A stretch of DNA of 38,271 nt, from positions 1 through 38,271 of the forward strand of contig JAOUPL010000001.1 of assembly GCA_029879825.1 (NCBI GenBank), given 5' to 3'. This DNA comes from Candidatus Bathyarchaeota archaeon. GTDB lineage: Archaea > Thermoproteota > Bathyarchaeia > Bathyarchaeales > Bathyarchaeaceae. Positions 37,821-38,271 of this stretch are shown here, piece by piece (position 1 is the stretch's first letter; each line of letters opens with the position of its first letter). Below the pieces are notes generated by a model that was not told the origin of the DNA, searched no databases, and saw nothing but the letters and a program-made list of their open reading frames with translations. The translations under genes and the position numbers were made by a program.

Positions 37821-38137
37821 CTAGCTAGCTATAACTTGCGCGCGCAGCACGTAGTTCGGGTCCTTGCGCGAGAGGAACCTCCTGACGTGCTCGTATTCGC
37901 GCGCCATGAACTTCCTCAGCCTCGGCACTATCACTCGACTCTCCCCCCTTCCAGCCAATTGCCGCGTTCGTCCGGACGCTCCGACTGCTCCAACTTCTTT
38001 CCATTTTTTAAAAAGTTTTTTTCAGGACTACTCTTAGTTGTAGAATTTTTCATTTCCGTATCACAGTTGGAGCGCTTAAGGTCTATGTTCTCCCATACGC
38101 CGATCCGCTTCCCGTCCACGCGCGCTTTTGGACACAT
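37821..38137 (-). pseudogene. Frameshifted or phase-variable small ORF (unknown function)
   Basis: The 68-aa ORF 37931..38137 ends just after a G6 run (plus-strand C6 at 37943-37948). One extra G would extend it by 37 codons to the stop at 37821-37823. Confidence 0.25.
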
Positions 38138-38147
38138 ATTGTATTGA

Positions 38148-38261
38148 CTAACCAGGTATTTCTGGGAAAAGGATTTTCTTTGTGGGAGCTCTGCAATTAG
38201 GGCACTCTTGCCTATTCACATTGTAAAGGGTCTTACAATATGGACATTCGATTCTGGTCAT
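38148..38261 (-). CDS. Possible 37-aa zinc-ribbon peptide
   Basis: MTRIECPYCKTLYNVNRQECPNCRAP... has CxxC...CxxC. It is below the track threshold and close to the window edge. Confidence 0.3.
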   Translation of the reverse strand: MTRIECPYCKTLYNVNRQECPNCRAPTKKILFPEIPG

Positions 38262-38271
38262 CTCATTGAAA

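Larger units (their letters stand above)
31572..38271 (+). mobile_element. Putative integrated element / genomic island at tRNA-Trp (right end outside window)
   Basis: An integrase abuts the tRNA 3' end. Downstream genes are accessory-type and by eye AT-richer than the core, with shared spacer motifs. No second att copy was found in the window. Confidence 0.45.

Noticed and set aside
37836-38147. 103-aa plus-strand ORF
   Set aside because: It starts in the GCGCGC motif, has an Arg/Pro-rich GC-artefact N-terminus and a low-complexity Phe/Leu tail. The opposite strand shows more gene-like pieces.
1-38271. CRISPR arrays, IS elements with terminal inverted repeats, toxin-antitoxin or restriction-modification operons
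   Set aside because: I scanned for regularly spaced direct repeats and for transposase, Cas or methyltransferase-like ORFs and saw none. The only repeats are the short Pu/Py palindromes and the simple tracts already listed.

Overview
Archaeal chromosomal window. tRNAs carry encoded CCA and non-canonical introns; there is a 7S SRP RNA, a stand-alone 5S rRNA, archaeal DnaG, Pelota and PolB. Positions 1-31.3 kb are a conserved housekeeping core: redox and CoA-transferase enzymes, dNTP-pool genes (tmk, HD phosphohydrolase, dUTPase-like), a tRNA thiolation enzyme, Pelota, PolB + DnaG + Toprim, a tyrS-pheT-pheS-trpS block, MetAP, and several structural RNAs. From about 31.4 kb to the window end, an intron-rich tRNA-Trp is followed by a tyrosine recombinase and an AT-richer cargo region. 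That region encodes a schizorhodopsin-like rhodopsin, a SOUL haem-binding protein, a heliorhodopsin and a CPBP-like membrane protein. Its right boundary is not in the window. Main leads: (1) tyrS is split just before its HIGH motif by a 32-nt segment that folds as a bulge-helix-bulge motif and excises in frame, a candidate archaeal mRNA intron in an aaRS gene. (2) A two-rhodopsin, integrase-linked island. (3) tRNA-Trp with about four intervening sequences, one carrying box C/D-like guides aimed at positions 34 and 39, and a three-intron tRNA-Glu. (4) A PolB with substituted exonuclease carboxylates. (5) Alternating Pu/Py palindromes in every island spacer. All calls come from hand reading and remembered family motifs; no searches were run.
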